Assembly: GCA_035275285.1 (NCBI GenBank) | Contig: DATENA010000338.1 | Location: forward strand, 5,875 to 69,874 | DNA from: Fibrobacteria bacterium | GTDB lineage: Bacteria > Fibrobacterota > Fibrobacteria > UBA11236 | Direction: 5' to 3' | Length of the DNA stretch: 64,000 nucleotides | Shown: positions 21,667 to 31,800 of the stretch, piece by piece | Layout of the letters: each line of letters opens with the position of its first letter | Position numbering within the stretch: position 1 is the stretch's first letter | The notes under the pieces: model-generated | Told to the model about the DNA's origin: nothing | Seen by the model: only the letters and a program-made list of their open reading frames with translations | Database searches by the model: none | Translations under genes and position numbers: made by a program

Positions 21667-23861
21667 AAGACAAAAAGAACAACCTCGTGGAAGACAAGAA
21701 GAACGCCCCGGTCAACCGGAAGCTGCCTGAGTCCAAGCAGGCCATGCCTCCGGGCAACAAGTGGAAGCGGAAGAATCTTTCCCTGATCCTGGCGATGGTG
21801 CTCGTCTCCATTTTCCTGGTGCAGCTCCTGGACTCCCAGAACCCGGTGGAGGAAAAGACCTACTCCGAGTTCCGGAACATCATCGCGGACACCAGCCTGG
21901 CCATCACCTCCATCGAACTGCAGCGGATAGGCGAAGGCTACATATTGGTGGGCGAGCGCAAGCTGACCCCGGACGAACAGGCCAAGCGCAAAGAGACCCA
22001 CAGCGCCTTCTCCTCGCGCACGGTGAAGTTCAAGACCCTGCTCCCGGACATCGACGGGCCCATCCAGCAATTGCTCGACAACCTCATGGCCCGCGGCGTG
22101 AAGGTGGAGTTCGTGAAGGAAACGCGCTGGCTCAGCTACCTGAGCACGCTGTTCCCGTTGTTCCTGTTGATCGGCTTCTTCTGGTTCATGATGGCGCGCC
22201 AGGGCGGCGGCATGGGCGGCACCCGGGGGATTTTCTCCTTCGGAAAGATCAAGGGCAAGCTGATGGACGAGAACCGGCCCAAGATCACCTTCCGCGACGT
22301 GGCCGGCGCGGACGAAGCCAAACAGGAACTCGAGGAAATCATCGCCTTCCTGAAGGACCCCAGCAAGTTCAGCAAGCTGGGCGGGCGCATCCCCAAGGGC
22401 GTGCTGCTGCTGGGCCCTCCGGGCACCGGCAAGACCCTGCTCGCCAAGGCCGTGGCCGGCGAGGCGGAAGTCCCCTTTTTCAGCATGTCGGGATCGGATT
22501 TCGTGGAAATGTTCGTGGGCGTGGGCGCCTCGCGCGTGCGCGACCTGTTCGAACAGGGCAAGAAGAACGCCCCCTGCATCATCTTCATCGATGAGATCGA
22601 CGCGGTCGGGCGCCATCGCGGCGCCGGCCTGGGCGGCGGGCACGATGAACGCGAGCAGACCCTGAACCAGCTCCTGGTGGAGATGGACGGGTTCAACAGC
22701 AACGACGGCGTGATCCTCATCGCCGCCACCAACCGTCCCGACGTGCTGGATCCCGCCCTGCTGCGCCCCGGGCGTTTCGACCGCCAGGTGGTGGTGGACC
22801 TGCCCGATTCCCGCGGCCGCGAAGGCATCCTGCGCGTGCACCTGGAAAAGCGCAAGGTCCCCGTCCGCGACGACGTGGACGTGGCCAAGATCGCCAAGGG
22901 AACGCCCGGGCTTTCCGGCGCGGACCTGGAGAACCTGGTCAACGAGGCCTGCCTGCTGGCGGCCCGCTTCGGCGGCAACCAGGTGGCCATGATCGATTTC
23001 GAAGAGGCCAAGGACAAGATCATGATCGGGTCCGAGCGCTTCTCCCGCATCCTGACGGAAGAGGAGAAGAAGACCACGGCCTACCACGAGGCGGGCCATG
23101 CGGTGGTCTCCCTGCTGGTCAAGTACTCGGATCCGCTGCACAAGGTGACCATCATCCCGCGCGGCCGCGCCCTGGGCATCACCTTCCAGCTCCCGGAGAA
23201 GGACAATTACACCGTGGATTCGCGCTTCGTCCTGGACAAAATAGCCATCCTCATGGGCGGCCGCGGCGCCGAGCTCCTGCTCTTCGGGCAGAAGAACACG
23301 GGCGCGTCCAACGATATCGAGAAGGCCACGGAGCTGGCCCGCAAGTACGTCTGCGAATGGGGCATGTCCGACCTGGGACCGCTCTCGTACGGCAAAAAGC
23401 AGGAGGAGATCTTCCTGGGCCGCGAAATCAGCCAGCACCGCGATTATTCGGAGGCCACCGCCATCCAGATCGACCGCGAAGTGCGCAAGATCGTGGACGG
23501 CCAGATGGAGCGCGTGACCAACCTGCTCTCCGAGAACAAGCAGAAGCTCGTCAACCTGGCGGAGGCCTTGCTGGTGCACGAAGTGCTCGAGGCCGATGAA
23601 ATTATCAAGGCCATGACAGGCGAACTGCTGACCGATACCCGCAAGAGCCGCTCCTATCTCAAGGGCCGCCCGGACCGCCGCTCCCGCGCCGGAACCGACT
23701 CCGCCGCCGGCATCGCCGAGGGTGAAATCACCGTGGCGGGCCTCTCGGCCGACAAAGCCGAGGACGAAGGCAAGCCCGGGGTGGAGGATGGCGACAAGGG
23801 CGGCGAAGGCGGCAGGGGTAACGTCGCCGGCAGAGGTAACCGTTTCGACGCCACCGTCTGA
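21651..23861 (+). CDS. ftsH: ATP-dependent zinc metalloprotease FtsH
   Basis: N-terminal TM pair, AAA+ Walker [18 protein letters not shown] zinc site, and a Gly/Glu-rich C-terminal tail. It overlaps tilS by 16 nt. Confidence 0.9.
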   Translation: MREPLEDKKNNLVEDKKNAPVNRKLPESKQAMPPGNKWKRKNLSLILAMVLVSIFLVQLLDSQNPVEEKTYSEFRNIIADTSLAITSIELQRIGEGYILVGERKLTPDEQAKRKETHSAFSSRTVKFKTLLPDIDGPIQQLLDNLMARGVKVEFVKETRWLSYLSTLFPLFLLIGFFWFMMARQGGGMGGTRGIFSFGKIKGKLMDENRPKITFRDVAGADEAKQELEEIIAFLKDPSKFSKLGGRIPKGVLLLGPPGTGKTLLAKAVAGEAEVPFFSMSGSDFVEMFVGVGASRVRDLFEQGKKNAPCIIFIDEIDAVGRHRGAGLGGGHDEREQTLNQLLVEMDGFNSNDGVILIAATNRPDVLDPALLRPGRFDRQVVVDLPDSRGREGILRVHLEKRKVPVRDDVDVAKIAKGTPGLSGADLENLVNEACLLAARFGGNQVAMIDFEEAKDKIMIGSERFSRILTEEEKKTTAYHEAGHAVVSLLVKYSDPLHKVTIIPRGRALGITFQLPEKDNYTVDSRFVLDKIAILMGGRGAELLLFGQKNTGASNDIEKATELARKYVCEWGMSDLGPLSYGKKQEEIFLGREISQHRDYSEATAIQIDREVRKIVDGQMERVTNLLSENKQKLVNLAEALLVHEVLEADEIIKAMTGELLTDTRKSRSYLKGRPDRRSRAGTDSAAGIAEGEITVAGLSADKAEDEGKPGVEDGDKGGEGGRGNVAGRGNRFDATV

Positions 23862-23862
23862 C

Positions 23863-24735
23863 GTGGCCTCCTGGGGCCATCCCCTGAAATCCGTCCGGCC
23901 GCGCCCCTGGCGGGCGGGCGACCGCGTCCTGGGCGGGGACCGTCCCCTGATCATGGGTATCCTCAACGTGACCCCGGATTCCTTCCACGACGGCGGGCTC
24001 CACTCCACGGCGGACCAGGCCTTGCGCCATGCCGAGGCCATGCTGGAAGCCGGCGCGGACATCCTCGACGTGGGCGGGGAATCCTCCCGGCCCGGGGCGG
24101 AACCGGTCCCGGAGGCCGAGGAGCTGGCCCGCACCCTGCCCTCGGTGCGCGGGATCGTGAAACGCTTCGATTGCCCCGTCTCCATCGACACCGTGAAGGC
24201 CAACGTGGCCCGCGCGGCCCTGGCGGAAGGCGCCTGCATCGTCAACGATATCAGCGCCATGACCTTCGACCCGATGATGCTGGAGGTCCCCCTGGGCTTC
24301 CGCGCCGGCGTGGTGCTGAACCATATCAAGGGCACGCCCAAGGACATGCAGCAGGCCCCCGCCTACGCGGACGTGTCCGCCGAGGTGGCGGAATTCCTGA
24401 AAGGCCGCATCCAAGTACTGGCGGCCATGGGGGTGGCCAAGGACCGCATCGCCGTGGACCCGGGCATCGGCTTCGGGAAGCGTTTGGAGGACAATTACGG
24501 CTTGATCGGCCGCATGGAGGATCTGGACGCCCTCGGCTGCCCGATCCTCCTGGGAATGTCCCGCAAATCCTTCATCGGCAAGACCGCGGGCCTGGAACAC
24601 TCGGATCGCCTCTTCCCCAGCGTGGCCCTGGCGGTGCTGGCGGCCCTCAAGGGCGCATCCATCCTGCGCGTCCACGACGTGCGGGAAACCCGCGAAGCCC
24701 TGGCCATGGTGGCCGCCGTGCGCGCCGCGCTTTGA
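23863..24735 (+). CDS. folP: dihydropteroate synthase
   Basis: IMGILNVTPDSFHDGG.., DVGGESSRPGA, GFGK. Start is uncertain: a GTG 2 nt after the ftsH stop is proposed, and an ATG at 23788 inside ftsH is the alternative. Confidence 0.8.
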   Translation: MASWGHPLKSVRPRPWRAGDRVLGGDRPLIMGILNVTPDSFHDGGLHSTADQALRHAEAMLEAGADILDVGGESSRPGAEPVPEAEELARTLPSVRGIVKRFDCPVSIDTVKANVARAALAEGACIVNDISAMTFDPMMLEVPLGFRAGVVLNHIKGTPKDMQQAPAYADVSAEVAEFLKGRIQVLAAMGVAKDRIAVDPGIGFGKRLEDNYGLIGRMEDLDALGCPILLGMSRKSFIGKTAGLEHSDRLFPSVALAVLAALKGASILRVHDVRETREALAMVAAVRAAL

Positions 24736-24807
24736 CCCAACCGCCGGCGCCGCGCCCGGCGCGATTTTGGGATCGGGCGATACGGGGAAAAATGGTATAA
24801 TGAAGGC

Positions 24808-25611
24808 ATGCCCCGCGCCGTTGGATGGATGGAAGAATACTGGGAGCGGGGCTTCGCCCGCGTGCCCGGCGTGTTCCCGGCCGAAGAGGTCGCGGCGCTC
24901 TCCGGATACTTCGACGAGATCCTGGCCCTGGGCGCGGGGCTGAAGCGGACCACCAAGCAAGGCCTGGCCGAATTCCGCGTGATCCCCATCGAGGGGAAGC
25001 CCACCCTGAAATTCGCCAAGTGGGCCTCCTCCATGCACGCGGGGCTGGACCGCGTCCGCACTTCGCCGCGCCTGTTGTCCCTGGTCATGCAGGTGCTGGG
25101 CCCGGACCTCAAGCAGATCACCAACCAGATGCATTACAAGAATCCCGGCGACGGGGTGAGTTTCCAGATGCACCAGGATTGCACCTTCCGCAAACCGGAT
25201 GCGGCCTACCGCGATCTGTACGGCGGCTTCCTCCAGGCCGCCATCGCGGTGGATCCGGCCACGGCGGAGAACGGCTGCCTGCAATTGGTGCCCGGCTCGC
25301 ACCTGGAACGCAAGGCCCTGCTGACGGGCGGCTACGATGGATGGGAAGCGAACGGGGCCAACGGCCAGGTGCTGGCGCGGTTCCCGGCCGCCGTCGACGC
25401 GTTGATGGATCCGGGAGACGTCCTGATCTGGAATCCCTTCACCATCCACGGCTCCCAGCCCAACCGCAGCCCGCGCAGCCGGCGCGTCTACATCAACGGC
25501 TTCGCCCGCGCCCGGGACTGCGACCATGGCGTGCCCGTCACCGTGGACGGCAAAGCGATCCCCCTGGCCTGGGGTCCGGAAACCCGCTGGGACGTGGTGG
25601 AAGAGCGTTGA
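24808..25611 (+). CDS. phytanoyl-CoA dioxygenase (PhyH) family Fe(II)/2-oxoglutarate-dependent oxygenase
   Basis: HxD iron ligands (MHQDCTF) and distal His (TIHGSQPNRS) in a PhyH-like arrangement. Confidence 0.7.
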   Translation: MPRAVGWMEEYWERGFARVPGVFPAEEVAALSGYFDEILALGAGLKRTTKQGLAEFRVIPIEGKPTLKFAKWASSMHAGLDRVRTSPRLLSLVMQVLGPDLKQITNQMHYKNPGDGVSFQMHQDCTFRKPDAAYRDLYGGFLQAAIAVDPATAENGCLQLVPGSHLERKALLTGGYDGWEANGANGQVLARFPAAVDALMDPGDVLIWNPFTIHGSQPNRSPRSRRVYINGFARARDCDHGVPVTVDGKAIPLAWGPETRWDVVEER

Positions 25612-25666
25612 CGGGAATCCGTTCCGCGTCCGGCCATCCGGTCTTCCGCCCCTTCCGGTCCTCCGC

Positions 25667-26584
25667 CTATTGGATGCGCATCGGGGATTCGGCATGGGAC
25701 AGGGGCCGGTTATCGGCGCCGTCGCCTTCCTTGTCCCATCCCGTCGCGTGGATCCATTCCCCGAAAGTCTTGAGGAAGGAGTAACTCCTGTGTAACGCCG
25801 GGACGTCGACCTCGTACCCTTTGTCCCGGAGCCAGGAAAAGGTCTTCCATGCCTCCGGGGCGGTTTCCCGCAGCGGATCCAGGGGCGCCTCCTCGAAGCG
25901 GACCTCGCGTTCCAGGCCTTCGGAGAACAGCTCCGCCGCCTGGGCCGGGGACAGTTCCGCTCCCGCGATTTCCAGGGTCTTGCCGAGAAAGGCCAGGGGG
26001 TCGGTGAAGGCCAGCGCCGCGAACGCGCCGATGTCGTCGGCCGCGATCATCTGCACCTTGCGGTCCGGCGGCAGGGGCATGCGGAGGCGGCCTTGCAGGA
26101 TCTCCTGCCGGTCGGCGTCGAAGTTGTCCATGAAGAACACCGGCCTCAGGATGGTATAAGGCAGGCCGGATGCTTTCAGGTGAGCCTCGATGACGCGCTT
26201 GCCCTCGAAATGGGAAAGCCCCGTATCCTTGTCCGCCGAGGCCACGGAGGTATACACGAAATGCTTCACCCCCGCCTCCTTGGCGGCGTCGATGAGCAGC
26301 CGTCCCTCGCGGATCTCCCCTTCTCCTCCATGCTCCCAGAAGTTCTGCACGGCGAAGACGCCGTCCGCCCCCTTCAAGGCCCGTTCCAGGCTGGAACGAT
26401 CGTCCATGTCGCCGGTTACGATGCGCGCGCCCTTGCGGGCCAGCAGGTGGGCGGAAGCCTTGTCCGGATTGCGGGTGAAGGCGTCGACCGGGAATCCCTG
26501 GGAGAGCAGGTGCCGGGCGGCGGCGCCGCCCTGGCGCCCCGTGGCTCCCGTGACCAGGATGGTTGCGTTCTTTTTGAGTGCCAT
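25667..26584 (-). CDS. NmrA-like NAD(P)-binding protein (atypical SDR)
   Basis: ILVTGATGRQGG Rossmann motif followed by an NmrA-like fold. Start moved to MALKKNAT; the track start at 26800 adds 72 low-complexity residues. Confidence 0.75.
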   Translation of the reverse strand: MALKKNATILVTGATGRQGGAAARHLLSQGFPVDAFTRNPDKASAHLLARKGARIVTGDMDDRSSLERALKGADGVFAVQNFWEHGGEGEIREGRLLIDAAKEAGVKHFVYTSVASADKDTGLSHFEGKRVIEAHLKASGLPYTILRPVFFMDNFDADRQEILQGRLRMPLPPDRKVQMIAADDIGAFAALAFTDPLAFLGKTLEIAGAELSPAQAAELFSEGLEREVRFEEAPLDPLRETAPEAWKTFSWLRDKGYEVDVPALHRSYSFLKTFGEWIHATGWDKEGDGADNRPLSHAESPMRIQ

Positions 26585-27269
26585 GCATGCCTCGGGGATT
26601 TTCGTGTCCGGGCATCCCATCGCGTTTCCCGGTAGGGGAAGTGCCAGCGCGCTGGAGCCGCTACCTTTAAAATATTCGTCCCTTGGGAGCCTCACAATGG
26701 AAAAGGCCGGCCCGCCGGCCGCGCGCCGAGGTGTCGAAGGGGTTTCCATGTGACGGATTTCACGGTTTCCGCCGGCCCTTCGTCTACATTCCCCATTCAA
26801 TGAATGGACTTTTCCAGGAAACGGGTGGGATGCAAATGGGTGGGATGCATAGAGGGCCCCGGTAGGAGAAAATCTTCTCCTACCTGTACCTGGACGTCAT
26901 ATGCGCCGCCGATTCGGCTTCCCAAGTCAAGGCGGAAAGCCATTTCAACGCGCTGCTGCGCCTCTCGCCCCATATCGAACCCACCAATATGTACTTGCCG
27001 CCCCCCATCCAGGATTCCGCCCTTGCCGCTCCGGCCGGAAAGGCGCCCAAGCCTGCCGGGAACCAGCCCGTCAAACCGCAGCCGGGGGTGGAGGAAGGCA
27101 AAAGCCACGCCTGGCTCTGGTGGGCGGCGGGTTCCGCGGCTTTGATCCCTTCCCAGGGAACCGCGAAAAGACGGGCCCCCTTCAAACCGTGCATGCGATT
27201 TTCCCGCACGCGGCTTATCGAAGAACTTTCCTGATGCCGCATTATACGCTCTCCGGATAGCGAACCGTA

Positions 27270-27360
27270 CCTTTGGGGCGGTGCAACTCCAATTTGGGAA
27301 AGTATTCCCTGTCCGAAAGTAGTTTCCCCAATCGCGTAGTACGGGATTCAACTCCAACTT
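27270..27360 (-). pseudogene. possible fragment of a group II intron / retron-type reverse-transcriptase maturase (X/thumb) domain
   Basis: Minus-strand frame reads (stop)VGLNPEKLELNPVLRDWGNYFRTGNT, matching the ..LNPIIRGW.NYY.. hallmark of group II intron-encoded proteins. It is bounded by a stop immediately upstream, sits in an AT-richer stretch, and only about 50 aa survive. Confidence 0.3.
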
Positions 27361-27508
27361 TTCCGGATTTAGTCCAACTTAGCCAGACTTATTCTATGCG
27401 CAAAAGTACGCAAGTAGAGGTCGTGTCGTCAAACTTTCCTACGGCAGGACAATTCTCAAGGTCTGGTTTCCCGGGGACAGGGAAAGGACGGTATCGGTCT
27501 GTTGACCC

Positions 27509-28483
27509 TTATGATAAAGGGAAAAACGGTGCTCCCCGGCCGGCAGAGAAAGATGAATCAGGGGAGTTACACCCAGAAACTCCCCCTCCCTGGCGCTGAG
27601 CAGCACGGGAGTTCCCTACGTCGCGTATCGGGATGCAAGCAGTGGTGGTGAGTTGCCGCAGCATCCGCATCAGGTCCTCTTGCTTCATGGGGCTGCCGTT
27701 GTCCGAGTGGACGCTGAGAAGCGAAGGATCCGAAACCCATCGTCCGATGGCATCCGCCAAAACGTCGCGCGCCAGGAGGCCATCCTCCCGGATCTCCACG
27801 GTCCAAGCCACAAGCTTACGGCTGAACAGATCCATGAAAGCGTAGAAGAAGCAGAATCGGCCGCCTAGGCGCAGGCGCATCGGCGTGACATCCCAGCACC
27901 ACACGGTGTTGACGCTTTCGGCGCGAAGTTCACGGCGTCTCCTACGCTTCATCATCAGGGGAGGCCGAGAGTCCACGGGTGCCATGCGCTTCTGCAGCCT
28001 GTAAAGAGCAGCAGGGGAGCAGACGTAGTACCCCTTGTCCAGATGCTCGGCGTAGACGCTACGCAGAGGCTTCTGAGCCTGTTGGGCTTCCTGGATAAGG
28101 ACTTCGGCGGCCTGCTCCTCCAAAGGGCTCAGGCGTTGCCCCTTGGCCCGGTAACCGCCCACGCGGCGGTCCTCGGACTCCACGCGCCAGCGTTGCAGGC
28201 GCCGCTCGCACAGAGAAAGGGTCTCGCAGCAAGAGTGCTGACTCGCACCCGTCTTGACGGCCACCTCGACAGTTTGAACCAATTCCCGTCTATTCGAGGC
28301 GGTCATTTTTCCTCTTCGAAGAGACGGGAGACTTTTTTTGAAAGGACCAACAGGGCCGAAAGCTCCGCCAAGGCTTCGTCCTTGCGGGCCAGCTCCTTTT
28401 CCAGGTCCTTCACCTGCTCGCGGGGCACAAGGCCCTGCGGCGAATCGGCCGTCTCCAATCCGGAAAGAGCCTGGTCCCGCCAA
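27509..28483 (-). pseudogene. IS3-family transposase OrfB (rve integrase core), C-terminally degraded
   Basis: ..VWCWDVTPMRL.GG..FFYAFMDLFSRKLVAW (first D) and ..VHSDNGSPM (second D) are present. The region where the catalytic Glu and C-terminus should be reads as unrelated low-complexity sequence, implying a frameshift or deletion. Confidence 0.65.
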
Positions 28484-28797
28484 GCCATCGCCTCGCTGAG
28501 GAGGAAGTTATTGTCCCGGCAGAACCGGGCCAGCGCCTCCCCTTCCAGTTCCAGTGACTTGGCCAAAAGCTTCAGCTTCTGGCTTGGGGAGCGCTTTTTC
28601 CCCTTGGAGCTTTTGCCCATCTTCACGTCCTCATCGGCACTTTCGGCGGAACGGCCGCCCGCCAAACGAAGCCAGGCATACAAAGTAGCTTTCGGAACCC
28701 CGGTTTCTTCGCTGAGCACCCCGATGCTGGGGGCTCCAGGCTGCCTCATGCGAGCGACGACTTCCTCACGGTTATGGTATTTGCAACGACGACCCAC
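28303..28797 (-). CDS. IS3-family transposase OrfA (HTH / leucine-zipper)
   Basis: ..GVPKATLYAWLR.. HTH and ..LEKELARKDEALAELSALLVLSKK coiled coil. It ends in the AAAAAAG frameshift window. Confidence 0.8.
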   Translation of the reverse strand: MGRRCKYHNREEVVARMRQPGAPSIGVLSEETGVPKATLYAWLRLAGGRSAESADEDVKMGKSSKGKKRSPSQKLKLLAKSLELEGEALARFCRDNNFLLSEAMAWRDQALSGLETADSPQGLVPREQVKDLEKELARKDEALAELSALLVLSKKVSRLFEEEK

Positions 28798-28876
28798 GAC
28801 ATCTATTCTCCTCCGCCCTCACACCAGGTTTTTAAGAAAACCTACCCGACATTTTGACCTGAGACGGAAGGAGGAT

Positions 28877-31800
28877 TTATCCGTAATACCGCTTCCTTAA
28901 GGTGACCGTCCGGATGCCTTTCTCGAACCCGGCGTCCAGCAGATCGTCCATGTAGGGGCTGCCCGCCACGGGCTCCCCGTTCACCGTTTCCACCTCCAGG
29001 GCCTTGACCGGCAGGAACGTGCGGTCCACCAGTTGGCGCAGGGCGCCCAGGTAACCGGGAAGGTACTGATGCCGCGGGGGCACCCGTATGGCCAGATCGC
29101 GGCCCAGGCGCCGCGAGGTCAGCGCCAGCTCCGATCCATGGAACACCAGGTGGGTGGACCCCAGGCGCGGCGGCAAGGCATAGGGCAGGCCTTCCAGCCC
29201 CAGGGCGCACGGCGAAGCGGGGTCCGCGGCGGACATCCAATAGACGGCCTCTCCGGGCAGGCCGCTTTCGATCAGGCGCAGGGCCTGGGGGGAGATGAAT
29301 TGCAGGCCGGGAATGCCCGCGAAGAAATGCCCGGACAACGCTTCCCCGGAAAGTTCCAGCAGGCGCAGGGACCGGAACAGGGCCGGCCATTGCAGGGCGG
29401 GAAGCTCATGGGCGAGCAGTTCCCGGAAGAGCAGGCCGTAGCGCCGCAGCGCCTGCCGCACGCGGTCCTTGGCCAGTTCTTCCTGCTCCAGCGCATCGGC
29501 CGCGCCCCCGGCGCGCGTGTCCGGGGCCCGGTTCAGCGCCTGCCACGATCCGGCCATGGGCCGGACCGCCTTCCAGCGCTGGAAGCGGCGGCGGGGAGAG
29601 GCCCCCCCGGATTCCCCCGCGGCCGGCGGGAGCGCGGTCTTGAAGCCGGTCTCCACGCCCTTGCGCAAGGCGGCGAAGGTATCGTTGCTGATGAGCCCCA
29701 GCCAGGCCAGGTCCCACAAGGCCGCGCCGATGCGGTCCGAGGGCAGCGGGCAGCGGGCGGCGATGGCCTGGAAGTCCAGGCGGCCGGGAGCGGCGGCCCG
29801 CAGGATTTCCAGGACCTGGCGCCGGTCCGGGGAAAGCGGCGGCGCCTCCTCTCCGGCGGGCGGGGGGAACAGCTCCAGGTCTTCCGGAAAGGCGAAGGCG
29901 GTCTTTTCCTTGCCCGCGCCGAACCAGAGCAGGTCGCTGTCCCGGAACAGCTCGTCCAGGCGGGAAGGCAGGTACGGCATCGCCCGGGCGGGCAGGATGT
30001 CGGTCTCCCAGGCCGCGGCCGGGGCGGGGTAGCCCAGGAGCTTCTCCAGGGCCGCTTGCATCCCTTCCACGTTCCGGGCCGGGTCCGCCGGGCCCTGCCA
30101 GGCCGCCAGGAACAAGGGCAGGTTTTCGGCGGGCAGGGTCTTGAAGGCGGGGCGGGAGCGCCGCCGCATCAGGCGCAGGAGGATCTCCACGTTGGCCGCA
30201 TCGCAGATCTCCGTCCCGGCGGCATCCTCGCTCAGGGCGTCCAGGACCACGCGATCGCCTTCCGCCAATTCCCGCAAGGCCTCCTCCACCGCCGGGAAGG
30301 CGCTTCCGAAGAGGCGGCGGGGAAACTCCGGGGTTACCGGGCCGTACGCGCGCAACCATTGGGAAAGCGCCGGCGCCAGGGCCGGCCCTTCCGCCTCCTT
30401 CCCGTCCTCTTCCTCCCCGTCCTCTCGCCCGGACGGCGCGTTCCGCTCCAGCCGGGCGCGGGACAGCCTGGCCAGGTGGTCCAGGGCTTCCCGCGAAGCC
30501 GTTTCCAGGGTGCGCGGATCCTCCGGCGCTTCGGCGGAGGCCGCGTCCAATCCGGCCGCGGCGCCTTCCGGGATCCGTAACCGGAAGGGTACGGAAATGC
30601 GCGCATGTCCGGCCCCGGTTCCCGCCTCGCATCCCAGGGCCGCCAGCACCCGCGGCAGGGTCTCCACGGCGGCCACCGCCCCCAGCTCCGCCCCGGGCAG
30701 GATCACGCCCAGCAAACGGGATCCCAGATGCCGGAAATGGGCCGCGCGCGCCTCCCCCTCCGGGGGCGCGCCGCACCCGGGCAGCAGGGCGCGCCATTCG
30801 TCCCAGGGGATGAGCAGCCTTTCCTTGGCCCACTCCACCAATTCCCCCGCGTCCTGCGGGGCGTAGCCGGGGGCCAGGCGCCGGGCCTTGGCTTCGAACC
30901 CGGCGATCACGGCGCGCGGGATCCGGGGGCGCAGGGGCGACGAGAAGGCTATCTCCCGGAGCAGGTCCTCGCGCCCCGGGACCGGGCCTTCCGCGGGTCT
31001 GTCCCGCTCGTACATGTACTGGTTGGTCTGTTTCCATGCCAGCCCGCCCGCGAACGGCGAGGGCTCCCCGGTGCGGGTCTCGGAGACGCGGATGGCTCCC
31101 GAGTGGACCTCCTCCAGCATGGCCTTGAGGGCAGGCAGATCGAATTCGTCGCGCAGGCATTCGCGCCAGGTCTCCAGCGCCACGGGGAAATCCGCGAAGC
31201 CGGAAACGGCTTGCAGCAGGGTCTGGGAACGCAGGCGGTTCAGCCACAGCGGGATCCGCACGCGCGCGGTGGAGCGGGGCAGCAGCAGGGCGCGCGCCGC
31301 GTTCTCGCGGAAGTGGGCGGCGAAATACCCGGTCCGTTCCAGGCGCTTGCGCAACAGGGCCTCCAGGTTGTCCGGATGGACCAGGTCCAGCAGGCCGGCC
31401 GCCGGTTCCCCCGCGGGCAGGCGCACCAGCAGGCAATCGTCCCCGGTCAGGATCTCCAGGGCCCGGCCCGTGCGTTCTCCGTAGGCGGCCGCCATGGCAT
31501 AGGCCCAGGGCCGGTTGAGGCGTCCGCCCCATACGGCATGCAAAAGGATCTGCCGGTGCGGTTCCAGGCCCTGCGCTTCATCCCCGACCGCTTCTCCCGC
31601 GTCCTCGATCAGCAGATGGCGGCGATGGGGAAGGGCGGCCCGCGTCGCCTCTTTCTGCCGGCGCAGGTATCCGATCAGGGCGGCCGCGCTCGGCGCCTCC
31701 AAGCCGCGTTCCCGGATCAGTTCCTCCGCCAGGGCGGGATCGTCCAGGCGGCCGTCCGCGGCCTCCAGGAACTCTCCCAGGCGGCGGGAGAAGTGGAAGC

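Larger units (their letters stand above)
27509..28845 (-). mobile_element. IS3-family insertion sequence remnant (orfA intact, orfB 3'-degraded)
   Basis: OrfA (HTH + leucine zipper) and OrfB (rve DDE integrase) overlap with an A6G slippery heptamer. The transposase-proximal end starts TGTCGGGTAGG.. around 28845, and the distal end is ill-defined. Boundaries are approximate. Confidence 0.65.

Noticed and set aside
26880-27260. Plus-strand ORFs of 81-120 aa upstream of the nmrA-like gene
   Set aside because: No start/RBS context and partly low-complexity. They may be decayed coding sequence, but nothing supportable.
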